Positions 25,570 through 37,718 of a stretch of 64,000 bases of DNA are shown here, in pieces. This DNA comes from Squalus acanthias. Lineage: Eukaryota. Each line of letters starts with the position of its first letter. Position 1 is the first letter of the stretch. The stretch covers positions 14,882,001 to 14,946,000 of the forward strand of contig CM059432.1 in NCBI GenBank assembly GCA_030390025.1, written 5' to 3'. Made by a program: the position numbers and the translations under genes. Under the pieces are notes generated by a model that saw only the letters and a list, made by a program, of their open reading frames with translations, ran no database searches and had not been told where the DNA came from.

Positions 25570-27825
25570 CTTGTTCTGCAGAATATGGGTAATTATTAGT
25601 CTAAAACATTCCAGTACAGTTTGTGCGTCTGCGTTCTAATCTTAGAAGTGGATTACTTTAGGTGATTAAAACAAATAACAGATAGCAAATCTCTGAGGCA
25701 TATCTGGAATACCTGCTAGAATCCCAGGTGCCTGAAACAAAAAACACGAATGAAACAGATGTTGTGCATGGAAAAGAATGGATAAAAGCATGGAGCAGTT
25801 CATTTTCAAAGCAGTTACTTACAGGTAATAAGTGTAGGACTGAGAGCTTCTTCTGCCAGGTGGGATGGTTGAAGGATTTAGGCAGTGGGAAAGGATGGAA
25901 TGGAAGGAAAAGAAAAGCAAATATTAATGGATCAAAAGAAAATCTAAATTAACTCCCTCCCTAATAAAAAAATATTAAAAGCTGTGGTGGTTGCAGCTTA
26001 AGTGAAGGCACATAAGAATGATTGGAGAATCAAAACAATACGCTATATATATTCCATTGCCCTGAAAAGCTATGGAGTATTAATATCTTACACATACTTC
26101 CTTGATAGTTGCACAGCGGATGGTGCAACATTGAGTCATTCCTGTTTTTATTCATTTGGATTCCCAGGGACCAATGACCATCACCCGACTTCCAGCAGTT
26201 ACACAACTAAATCCATTCCCTTATCCTGGCCACAGAATTATGAGACTCAGTTTTCCATGGCATGCTGATGGAGTAAGGGAGCTGGAGTTAATAGTATAAA
26301 TGCTAGGAGCCAGCTCATGAATGCCAGTCTTGCAGAATCCGAAGTTAAACGGCGGCCATATAAAAGCAACTTCTGGGCAGTTTGGGAAGTCCAATTAGTT
26401 TCTGCTAAAATCGCTTGTCAATATTTGGCACAAGACAGCATTAGATTGTAACCCTATTTATAACAGGGGATTATTTTCTTGTCACCAATATTTCCAAGAA
26501 ATAGTAAAGTAGAAGGAATCAATACGGGAAAGTTCTTTTCAAATTTATGGAAGATGGAGGTGACACTGGGCAGCGAGCAGTAATGCTCAACAGTGTGAGG
26601 AAGGAGGATGTTGGTGTGAGTTCCTACTGCCGCTCAGTTCCTGCAAACGTTAACTCTCTTTCTCTCTCCACAGATGCAGCCTGACCTGCTGAGTGTTTCC
26701 ATCATTTTCTGTTTTTATTATAAATTTAATCCAGCTACCTGTTTAACAAAACATTCTGAGTACGAGTTTCCATGGGGGCTTTCCTGATCATCCCCCTGAA
26801 CTTCAACGCAAGAGCCGCGGAAATGTGGGAAAAATAGCTTCAGGGATAATGTCAGGAAACACTTCTTCACACAAAGGCTGGTGGAAATCTGGAACTCTCT
26901 TCTCCCAAAAAGCTGTTGAGGCTGGGGGTCAACTGAACATTTGAAAACGGAGATTGCTAGATGTTTGTTAGCCAAGGGCATTAAGAGTTACGGAACCAAG
27001 GCCGGTAAATTGAGTTGCAATACAGATCAGCCAATTGAATGGCGGAACAGGTTCGAGGGACTGAATGGCCTATTCCGGTTCCTATGTTGCTATCGGAACC
27101 TACAGTATATCCTGTGTCTCGCTATGACCAATGGCATATAAAATCCACTTGATTTTTGTAAGAGATTTAAGAAAAATAATCTTATTCTATCCCAGATGTT
27201 ACACTTTCTTATTTGAACACTTCACACCACTGAACATTATGCAGAGGAAACAGAGTTTTAGAAGAAATGGAGTACGACCAGCTTCTTGTGAACTTTTATA
27301 TCATGTTAGGTGGAAATCTCCTTCAAGCCTAAATAAATTGCCAGCATTGAGATCATGGCTTCTATTCTATGATTGCCTAACTCATCAACATCACAAAGTA
27401 AAAATGAATTACTGAGGTCTAGAGTCTGGGAAACACACACCTGGATTCTGTTTTATGTTCAATCTCTTGCAATCATTATTTCGGGGGTAATCTCAATCCT
27501 TTATTGTATTGCCCACCATTACATTTACATCCCATTCCCTAGCTAAGACTACAAATTGGGAATCTTCCCCAACACCTCCGGCAGTACAGCCCTGGAGCTA
27601 GCTATTGAGAGGGAAGGGTCTGAGCTCCTTTTGGTGTCATGTCCTGATAACATTGGGCACTTGTTAGGTGGAAAATCACCGAGGTTTAGCCTGTGCCCTA
27701 CCACTCTGTGGCGCCAGTCCATCATCCAGCTACAACTCAATTCTTCTTGCTGTGCTTTAGTTTCTTGTTTTAATATGTCAATTGTCCTGTTGCAGTCAGG
27801 TTGATGCTCAATGTTAATGAATAAC

Positions 27826-27917
27826 AAGGGTCATCGACCTGAAACGTTAACTCTGTTTCTCTCTCCACAGATGCTGCCTGACCTGCTGAGTATTTCCAGC
27901 ATTTTCTGTTTTTATTT
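27826..27917 (+). mobile_element. Mini Penelope terminal fragment with 16-bp TSD
   Basis: aagggtcatcgacctgaaacgttaac...ttctgtttttat flanked by ttaatgaataacaagg at 27814-27829 and 27916-27931. Confidence 0.88.
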
Positions 27918-29679
27918 AATGAATAACAAGGCGGATCACCTCAATGATTATTCAGGAATCGTATCAGAATTAGATAGCTCAAAATATCATGGAAACCAAA
28001 CTGAAAAATGACTTCAGAAAATTCTGGCAACCATTCCTAGGACATATTTTTTTTAAGTCTTTCTATGAATAAAATAAAAGTTGGGAATATACCGCTTCAC
28101 TATGACTTTAAAAAAATAAAAAATAAAAATTATTACCTGTAAAAGAAAAACTGAAAATCTCTGACTGTGTGGGGGGTGGGGTCGGGTGTACTCGGGGAGA
28201 TTGACTGAGCTCGCTGACGAGTAGAACTTCACGGCGGCCAATATTTGCACTCCAGTGACTCCATAATTCATATCATTGCAACACAACAGTCGTACACACA
28301 TAGAATAGATAGTAGCCACGAATTTCCTCACGGTGAGCTATGCCGTTACTACGCCAACGAAATAAAGATTTGCGTTTGCTGGTGACCCAGAGGGGTATTT
28401 ACCCAAGGGTTTCCAAAGCCATATTTAATTAATTAATTTATTATTTGCATACACATTGGAGTAGTTCTGGGCGTGAATCCCACGTGAGACAAGTGCAATT
28501 AGGTAGAGTGCATGGGAACTGGAGTGTCGCCATTAAAAAGACAATTTACCTGCACACTTCAGCATCAGACAACAATGTAATGTCTGTCACATTCACTTGA
28601 CTCTCGGATAACTTCACTGAACATCTCATCAATCTTTCCACTAAACTTTTCAAAGATTGTGTCTACAGCAGGATCATCTGCACCAAACAGCCAGACAAGA
28701 CAGCAGGGGGTGACACCAAGCAGGCAAAGGACACGGAACTGTTACCCACTTAGCCCTCCTGGAGGAAAGGTTAAGTCGGGAGGCACAGACTCCGAGGTGT
28801 GCATGCCAGCAAATCAGCCAGGAATATCACTAGTACCACCTGGAGGGACATGGAACTGGCACGGAGTGCCAACTTCCTCATTCCCAGTGCCGAAAAAAGT
28901 TCAACGACCTCACCAGGACAAGCAAAGTAACACACTGGACACTCTTCCTTTTCTTCCTTACTCTGAACACCAGCACACCCTTGAGGCTCTTGAAGCGACA
29001 CTTCCAACTAACCCTTCATTCATAATGCATACTGGTTAAGGGGGGGGGAGGCTCTAACTCGGGTTTTTGCACTATGGTAATGGTGGGTGGTAACAACAAC
29101 AACAACTTGTATTTACATAGCGCCTTTAACATAGTAAAACGTCCCAAGGCGCTGCGCAGGAGGATTACAAGACAAAAAATTTGACACCGAGCCACATAAG
29201 GAGAAATTAGGGCAGGTGAGCAAAAGCTTGGTCAAAGAGGTAGGTTTTAAGGAGCGTCTTAAAGGAGGTCAGAGGAACATATGAATAGGCCATTCAGCTC
29301 CTTCAGCCTGTTCTGCCATTTAATCAAATCATAGCTGATCTGTACCTCAACTCCATCTATTTGCATTTGATCCATATCCCTTGATACCCTTACCTAACAA
29401 AAATCTATCTATCTGTCTTGAAAATTTGAATTGAGCCAGCATCCACAGCCTTTTGGGGAGAGAGTTCCAGATTTCCACTACTCTTCTAACAGTGATTACT
29501 TTCATGCACAACCTTAAAACCCCTCAATAGACTCAATCGCCGACATCTCATACTTCAGCTCTCCCAAGTCATTTGATACACACTCTAGTTTTCTCTTCAT
29601 TAATTCTATTTTCTTGCAGGAGAATGTGGCACACAATGCCTGCCAGAGACAGGCCACCAGATGGGGCATCCCCCCTTTA

Positions 29680-30420
29680 AAACCCCTCGTGTCCCGATGG
29701 CCCTCTTGATTGCCACTCTTGTAGAAGCATATGCCTTATGTAGCGCTCCTCTGCTGCTGTTTGGGTTATTCCAACTAGAGCCATAATCCATGGAGACAGG
29801 GGATAGGGTTGGCCACCCAGACACCATCTGTTGCTGTGATGTTCTACCCTGAAGAGGTCAGGGAGGGCTAAATTTCAAAGGATGAGGGCATCATGACAAC
29901 TTCCAGCATATTGGGAGTTGACAAGTCGGATGCTCTGCATGGTGTGACACACAATCGGTATTTTGAGAGTGGAAGCCCATCCTATTGAGCTAGTGCTCTG
30001 AGGGAACTCGCAAAACAAGGTCCTTGAAAGCCAGCAACCCCATGAAGCTGGATGGTCCCATCTTGCTGCAGTCCTGCTGTGATGCCAAAATGGAGGAATT
30101 TGCCAGCTGTCCTGACAAACGCATCAGGGGACCTGACAAACGCATGCCCGTAATGTTGCCTGGCTGATATTGTGGCGATCACCTATAATGAGCCATTTCA
30201 GTGTCACAACAGTAGAGTGGTCACCTTTATACCCACAGAGAGAGCAGTGCGGGCAGAGGAGCCTGGCTGCAGATCGCCACGCAGTAGGTTCCAGAATTGC
30301 CCTATTGCCTCTTTGGTGAAACACACTCTTCTTATGCACAACTCCTCAGTAAAGTCTTCATTTGATCTTTGCTGCTTATATATTGCATGGGGTGGGGTGG
30401 GGGTTAATATCTGGTGAGGT
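29680..30420 (-). pseudogene. Harbinger (HARBI1-like) DDE transposase relic
   Basis: Minus-strand fragments FTEELCIRRVCFTKEAIGQFWNLLRGDLQPGSSARTALSVGIKVT, GVAGF, GFHS, NSQYAGSCHDALIL and KAYASTRVAIKRAIG appear in the expected order with frameshifts. Confidence 0.82.
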
Positions 30421-30758
30421 GCATCCTCCTTAATTGCTGCCTGACTCTCCTTTGCTCCATCCTCTGCTCCTCCATGATAACATCGTACAAGGGAATACCC
30501 ATAGGGAAGGCCAAACCTGGTCCTCACTGCAGGTAGAGGCGGCTGAAAATCTGCCACCCTGTCAGAAGCAAGTCTGGGTGTGTCTGTATGGCAGAATGGC
30601 AACACAAAGAAAATGCTCTAGAAAGCGTTTCCCAGCTGCGGAAATTTATATTCAAATTCTCCAGGATCTTCTGCGTCAGGGACTCCTCACTTCCACCTGT
30701 ATCAACTGAACTTGGAAGCAGCTGCACCTCGTAAATCTCAGTCCAAGTTACCCACAGT

Positions 30759-31312
30759 TAGGGTTTCCAACATATACAAAAGCAAAATACTGCGGACGCT
30801 GGAAATCTGAAATAAAAACAGAAAATGCTGGAAATACTCAGCAGGTCAGGCAGCATCTGTGGTGAGAGAAACAGAGTTAACGTTTCGGGTCGATGACCCT
30901 TCGTTCTGACTCTACAGATGCTGCCTGACCTGCTGAGTGTTCCCAGCATTTTCTGGTTGGACATATTCCTGGAGGAGTCATCACATGACCCCGCCCCTAC
31001 ACTTCCGCCATTGGTCACCCGACATGTCCATCCTCACGGTGCCCCGCCCTCCTACACCAATTGGAAAGCCAACAGTCTTCATTTCCTGCTTGGATGATTC
31101 TTGTCTGTCAGCCTTTTTTTACCTCCATGTTCAATATTTTTCTAACCAGCAAACAAAAATCTTCAAAGGACATTTTCTTTTTCCCCCAAAGACACAGTTT
31201 TTTTTAACGCCCCCTATGACTTTTCTCCCGGGGTTTGCTCACAGCAGTGCCCTGGAGATTAGTCTTTCATTCCTGGAGACTCCAGGGCAATCCTGGAGGG
31301 TTGGTAACCCCA
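30759..31312. mobile_element. Non-autonomous TIR element (hAT-like termini) containing the Penelope insert
   Basis: tagggtttccaac ... gttggtaacccca; flanks acccacagt / acgcatagt (7 of 9 identical). Confidence 0.6.
30776..30955. mobile_element. Decayed inverted Penelope terminal-repeat pair
   Basis: Minus-strand terminal repeat at 30776-30905 followed by a partly deleted plus-strand copy (cagatgctgcctgacctgctgagtg...). Confidence 0.8.
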
Positions 31313-32620
31313 ACGCATAGTACATTAGGAGTGTAAAACCTGGGAACTGGTGCCTGCAGTGCCGTTGGGCCTCACTTAGATGTATGCAAATTAGGTCAGT
31401 CCGGGGTCGGAGGACGGGTCGCGCTAAGGCTCAAAAAGCGTGGGGTGGGGTGGGGAGGGGAACTCACTAGAAGCATTTCAATGGAGGAAATGGCTTCCAC
31501 CCGATATTCCTGCTTACAAAAATTCATGCGCCATTGATGCAACGCCAGTGCGCTGAAAGTGGCAAGGAAATGTGTTTTGGCTGGACAGGTTAGCAGTACT
31601 TAGTGGTGAACCTTTCAGATCTCCATTAGTTCTCTGCTGTGTGTCTGAAAATAACATGCTTGTATTTCAGTAAGATAAGTCTCACTCCACCTGTCCTCTT
31701 TAAGTAAATGTCCGTCTCGTGAAAAGGGAATAGAATAAATATTAGTGGCACTTTATGATACAGCCCGAGTAAACCTCTGCTGCAGATACACAAGGCCTCA
31801 AACTGCAGGCTTCTGTCATCTCATCACGACAACATGGCTTTGCTTATCTTTTTTTTTAACTATTCTTATCAACCTTGGTAGTGTCATGCACCATGAGGGC
31901 TTAGGCTTAGTTTTCTCAATAACACAAAATAAACTGTCTTCAGCTTTGGCAATGAGAACCTAGTCCAAAAGGGTCTCAAATATTTGAGAACCCTTTTCAA
32001 AGTCTCCCTTTGATTAATCTTTCTTTGTCAGGTGTGACAAATCAGAAGCTGTGCTAAGGACACATTCATATATGTCAATTTCTAGGTTGCCTCAGCAAGT
32101 TTTACCTCAGAGAGGAGCTGGGGAGCTCTTCAATACTTTATAATATGCACAGCTCTACACTATAGCTCAAACTATCTGGATCCTCTCTCTCTTTGTCGAT
32201 ACAGCTCGCCACTCACGTTTAGCCTGCAAACTATGAAGGATTGAAAATGATATATTAAATCGCTGAAGAGAGCAATGTATATGTTTCGACTTGACTAGAT
32301 GGTGGTGCCTTGAGGTTACGACACTCAGTAACAGTGTCTGTTATGTGATGTTTATTGTGTTATCTTTGAAAGACATTTGGAAACCATCTGTGGTGTACTT
32401 CATAGACTGCATTGAAAAGCCTTGTTAATTTCACAGTCACATGAAACTTGCCCGGAGCGATGAATGGATTTTTTCTTTAGAAGCACTCCAATCTCTGAAT
32501 GTGTCCAAGACACAATCAGGCACAGCCATTCATAAAACATTTACCTCACACATCTTCCCCATGCATCTTTATTCATACTTTAGATATTGCTGTGCCTTTA
32601 TGGTTATTTCTACAACTCAC

Positions 32621-32629
32621 AGGTACTTC
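32621..32629 (-). CDS. PTPRM: Candidate 9-nt PTPRM microexon (GAAGTACCT), adding KYL after the TM segment
   Basis: Minus strand caattaacgtgcctgcgttttacag|GAAGTACCT|gtgagt: consensus donor, frame-preserving phase 2-2, UGC motifs upstream and TGCATG about 55 nt downstream. Confidence 0.6.
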
Positions 32630-33758
32630 CTGTAAAACGCAGGCACGTTAATTGAGACCAGTTTCAGATGAGCTGCACTGCTATGGTAATATGTGCAGCC
32701 TGTCGCATTTCAAATCAGAATAGCATCCGTTATCCTCTGTGAATTCTCAAAGAAGGAGAGCTAAAGTGGGAGTATCAGCATTCTTTCTCTCCTTTAAAAA
32801 TGTTTTAGATTAGGTTTTGCGAGAACTAATTGGGTAAATACACAGCCCATTAATACTGAACCATCGAGACCAGGCAATGTCCTACTTCGCTGACCGGTCT
32901 GTGCTGAGTTATAATTATGTTACTACTGAGCCCGCGTTCTACACTGTGAATCTTCATGGCCACCAGATGCATTGTGGTGATGACATTAAGAAAAGGCCTT
33001 AACGGCCGACGATAAAATCCCACTTCATGGGGTGGTGTAACAAAGCAGTTTTCTCCAGTAATTTTAACCATGTGTGGATCACAACTCATTTAAAAAGTGT
33101 ATATATGGAGGCTGTATTACATTACGTTGCTCATACTGCGGTGGGCAGGTGCACGAAGCACTTGGGTGCCTGATATTAGGGCTCCTGATCTACGTGGTAG
33201 TCTCAGTTGTCCACCATCCATCGGGAGCACCACAGAAATACTGAATTAAACTGACCTTGCATAAATCATGTGCGGTCAGCCCATATCCCGAGCAACTGCG
33301 CTGGGACCACATTTTCAACCCCCATGGACTTATTCAGACATAATAAACTTCACAGATTACAGCAAAACCCTTTTAAAAAAAGGCGTTTGTATATCATTAA
33401 CATTTATTTGACACTGATTCTGCCCCCTGGTTTACAGTGTCTCAATAAGTCAAGTTCTTTTCCTATTGCATAGGATCCCATGAGTTTTATCAGCATTTTA
33501 GGGATCGCATTCCATGATTTTGTCCATTTTTCTGTGAAAATGGCAAACCAGTGGCCTTGGTGATACATACATTTACTTTCTATGAGGAATACATGGGCCC
33601 ATTCAATGAAAATACTATTAATGAATTCAAAACAATTTCTATGGATATACTGCGGTGCCTCGGCCCTCAGAACGGCACGAAGGCAGAGTTATTATAAAGT
33701 AAAAGAATTTCATCTTGCTATGGTCGCACCACGATTTCTTTCCTTTTGCCTCACTTAC

Positions 33759-33894
33759 CTTTTCTTCATGATCAAAACAATGCCGAGGAAAATGATGACG
33801 AATAGAAGAATGCCAGCGATAACCCCGGCGATTTTCACGGTGTGGTCCGTCTGTTTTTCTGGCTCTTCTGCGCTCGGTTTTCGAGTGGCGCCAC
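33759..33894 (-). CDS. PTPRM: PTPRM transmembrane exon (136 nt)
   Basis: (G)GATRKPSAEEPEKQTDHTVKIAGVIAGILLFVIIFLGIVLIMKK(R). Acceptor actgcctttcag|GTGGC, donor AAAAG|gtaagt; phase 1 in, phase 2 out. This frame is absent from the ORF track. Confidence 0.96.
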
Positions 33895-35439
33895 CTGAAA
33901 GGCAGTAAATTCACACGGGAGAAAGATTAAAGAAACAAGAAATCCACATTTATCTCCACTCCTACCTGTAAAAAAAAAAAAATCTCTCTTGGACATCATC
34001 CTTCAAAGACATCAGGAGAAGATATCTTGGCCTTGAAACTACACTGTACGAAGATTAACGTGCGATCACTTTAATGTGTTCATATTAAAAAAAGATTGTG
34101 CCATACTTTAACAGAAGCACCGACTCATTTATTTTGAATGAGTTTGTATCCCCATTAAAATAGCAGACACAGAAATTTAATATGGATGGATTAAATGTTC
34201 GTACGCTAATCCGTAAACATAATTTCAAGGCCATGGGATCACAAACAAAAAAAAACATAATTTTGTTTTAATACTTCTTTCTTTGGGCTATATAGCACCA
34301 TGGTAAACCGTGAGGTAAAATACACAATGCAGTCTGGCCCTTGCACAGGCTTTTTTTTCCATAAAATTGTTATCAACCCACAAACAGCAGTGAACCTTCA
34401 GCAGCTCCATATTAACTGTCATTTCTATACCTGAATACACTTGCCCGAGAAAAAAAACCAAATCCGCCATCCACTGTTGATTGGACTTAACCCTCAAATA
34501 CTTTTTCATTAAAAGGCAATAATTCTTCCACTTGTTGCTCCAGTATCTGAAGGAGTGAGATAAGCTCATTTGCCATGCATTCCATCTCTATTGTTTTTTT
34601 TTTAAACAGTAGAGTACTTGCCACCTCTTAGAAAATCCAAATCGTGGCTACATCTCGTACGCAAACAGCTACCTTCCTAGCAATTTATTCACAAACCGGG
34701 CAACCACTGAATGATCACAATCCTGGCAGAAACATTTAATATCTGTTTGAATGAGATAACTAGCATCGAGCAGTGAGTGTCTCGGCGCTTGGAGGCTTTC
34801 TTTATCAACTACCATTTGTACTGTTTACCGTATAATGTGATGGAATGTCAAAATAACATTTGTTGAAATACCCTTTCTCTCCTCTAAATCAGTTAACAAT
34901 GAAAAATGCAGGGGACATAGAATTTATTTTGTAACACTGAATCTGTTTCTCCTCCCCCCCCACTCCCCCACATCCACCCCTCCCCCACCGTATCATAGTA
35001 TGATACAACACAGAAGGAGGCCATTCAGCCCATTGTGCCTGTGCCGGCTCTTTGTGAGAATTCTCCAATTAGTCCCACTCCCCTGCTCTTTCCCCACATA
35101 GCCCTGTAAGGTAATCCCTTCAAGTATTTATCCAATTCCCTTTAGAAAGCTACTATTGATTCTGCTTCCACCAGCCTTTCAGGCAGTGCATTCCAGATCA
35201 CAACAACTCGCTGCGTAAAAAAATGTTTCCTCATGTCATCTCTGGCTCTTTTGCCAAACACCTAGAGATTTGGTAATCTCTACCTTATTTCTTTTTAAGT
35301 TAAAATATTAAAATGTCAACCATTCAAGTTATCTCACTGTTAGAAAGCTGACTGATTCTGACCTGAATTTCCAATTGCTGGCATTATATCTCATCTCTCA
35401 GTAAACTGCCAAAAGAAACCTTCGGATCTTTCCCTCTTC

Positions 35440-35765
35440 CTCTCCTGCAGACACGTACCCAAATTGGGGTAGAGCTCAGTCTGCTACCCTTGTTCAAGTG
35501 TGAGACGAGATGCCGAGCATTGGAAGGATATTTGACCCGGGGCATCAGCACCAAAGTGATCCTGTGCCACAATGTCTATGTGCCAGCGGGGGTCAGTGAA
35601 TAATGATGAGGTGGGGGAGTCGAGGTTGATTTTCCATTTCTTAGCTCAGGAATAGGGAGAGGCCAAGTGCAGCCCACCATCACCATGCCAACTGTGATCA
35701 GCTAGGATCAGGCCAGGAATCAAACCTGGTACCTTCTGAAATACGTGGCTTAGTTACGCACTGGC
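35440..35765 (-). mobile_element. Ancient degraded SINE (LF-SINE-like); related pieces at about 7480-7690, 24855-25060, 38820-39090, 41580-41760 and 48440-48660
   Basis: These segments appear to share motifs (e.g. gaggccaa.tgcagc, tcagcta...cag...gg.atcaaacctgg.acctt). The family name is tentative. Confidence 0.4.
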
Positions 35766-36615
35766 AATATCAATCAGCAAAAGGAAGAGACTATATTTTG
35801 GCTTTATGCAATGGTTTCAAGTTAACATAAGGAAGCTACAAAAGTGAAAGCATTTTCCATTTACAGTTTATCGTTAATTTGCTTAAATAGTATACTTGGA
35901 GTGAACTAAGTTGTCTATCAATCTATCCTGACATTAGAGAAAGCAAAGAAATATTGCCAGTCATTTGTTTCTATAAGGTATCATGGAACATTCTTACACA
36001 GTGCACAATATGTAGACTCTTAATATTTTCACATTACTGTGCTGTATCATAGCTTGGATAACCATGGCTGAAATGACAAATTTATCTCACAAACACAAGA
36101 AAAAGAGCGGCAATAAATCATAAATGACATTGGAGAGCATTAAAATGTATTTGGTTTGTGTTGCAGAAGGTACGAAAGTCTGCTTCAGTTTACATCAGGT
36201 TCCTCGGAGACAGATAAACCTGACCCTCTACAACTGTGCCCATACAGTAAGTAGCACAAGAGTCAAATATAAAGCAGTTCAGGCTTTACTCAACACCTCG
36301 GGACAGAAGGGAAAAATCACCACAGTTGCCAAAACCTTGTACATGAGACAATATAAGCTTATATTTAAATGAGTTTCCACTTCCATCAAAAGTGGACAAA
36401 GTGATGCCATATAAACAATCGAGGGTTCATACACTAATTACTGCACGCAGTCATTTCAGGGCTGTCACTTTGGTAAGATCACTTAGAAAATCTTTGACTA
36501 ATATATCTCCAATAAAAGAACGGAGAGACTGCTGCCAACGACCGGAAGCTGCGCAGAAGCATACTGTGCATTAATCTGGAACCGGAAGCATGATGTTTCT
36601 GGTTTTTTTTAACAA

Positions 36616-37254
36616 GCCCGCTCCCTCCCTGGCCTTTATTCCCCAGAGCCCGCTCCCTCCCAAGCCTTTATTCCCCAGAGCCCGCTCCCTCCTCGGCCTT
36701 TATTCCCCAGAGCCCGCTCCCTCCCCGGCCTTTATTCCCCAGAGCCTGCTCCCTCCCCAGCCTTTATTCCCCAGAGCCCGCTCCCTCCCCGGCCTTTACT
36801 TCCCAGAGCCTGCTCCCTCCCCGGCCTTTATTCCCCAGAGCCCGCTCCCTCCCAGGTCTTTACTCCCAGAGCCCGCTCCCTCCCAAGCCTTTACTCCCCA
36901 GAGCCCGCTCCCTCCCCGGCCTTTATTCCCCAGAGCCCGCTCCCTCCCCGGCCTTTATTCCCCAGAGCCCGCTCCCTCCCAAGCCTTTATTCCCCAGAGC
37001 CCGCTCCCTCCCCGGCCTTTACTCCCCAGAGCCCGCTCCCTCCCCGGCCTTTATTCCCCAGAGCCCGCTCCCTCCCCGGCCTTTATTCCCCAGAGCCCGC
37101 TCCCTCCCCGGCCTTTATTCCCCAGAGCCCGCTCCCTCCCCGGCCTTTATTCCCCAGAGCCTGCTCCCTCCCCGGCCTTTATTCCCCAGAGCCTGCTCCC
37201 TCCCCGGCCTTTATTTCCCAGAGCCTGCTCCCTCCCCGGCCTTTATTTCCCAGA
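36616..37254. repeat. 32-bp minisatellite, 20 copies
   Basis: Unit gcccgctccctccccggcctttattccccaga with few substitutions and one 31-bp copy. Confidence 0.97.
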
Positions 37255-37509
37255 CCCCGCTCCCAGAGCCCATGAGTCGCGAAGCAAACAACCACAAAAA
37301 ACCCCACTTAGACTGCGCATGCGCAACGACTTCAACTTCGTTGGTAGCAGTCGCGTCCTTAAAAGAAAGCAAACATAAATTGTATTTTACATATTCGAAG
37401 AATCATTTCTGGTTTTGTTTTATTTAGGCCTCATTCACATGTTGGTTTTGGTAGTTCTGCATTCCCTACTTGTCCGTATTTGTGTATTGGCAACTATGAA
37501 TCATATAAT

Positions 37510-37718
37510 CCCCCCCTCCCACCCACCCCCCGCTCCCGGTCTCTGCACCTGCTTAATATCTGTTACATCTCCAGCTTTTTCTAGTTCTGACGAAGGGTTC
37601 CCAGACCTGAAACGTTAACTCTGTTTCTCTCTCCACGGATGCTGCCTGGCCTGCTGAGCGTTTCCAGCATTTTCATTTGTTATTTCAGATTTCCAGCATC
37701 CGCAGTATTTTGCTGTTG
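37510..37718 (+). mobile_element. Penelope terminal-repeat fragment with hammerhead motif (37583-37620)
   Basis: agttctgacgaagggttcccagacctgaaacgttaactctgtttctctctccacggatgctgcc..., the same family as 22750-22890. Confidence 0.85.

Noticed and set aside
28120..28160. Minus-strand tttttcttttacag|gtaata, a possible recursive splice site
   Set aside because: Weak reconstituted donor, located at the edge of probable transposon-derived sequence, with no other support.
1..32550. Next PTPRM exon (KLAKKRKETM...) or phosphatase-domain exons
   Set aside because: Not found by eye or in the ORF track; probably beyond the left edge. A tBLASTN would be needed to exclude it formally.
33582..33908. Plus-strand 108-aa ORF over the TM exon
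   Set aside because: Antisense shadow of the PTPRM exon.
36590..37378. 262-aa Pro-rich ORF, and a CRISPR-like appearance of the 32-bp repeat
   Set aside because: The ORF is the stop-free minisatellite read through rotating frames. The units are head-to-tail with no unique spacers, there are no cas genes, and the context is eukaryotic.
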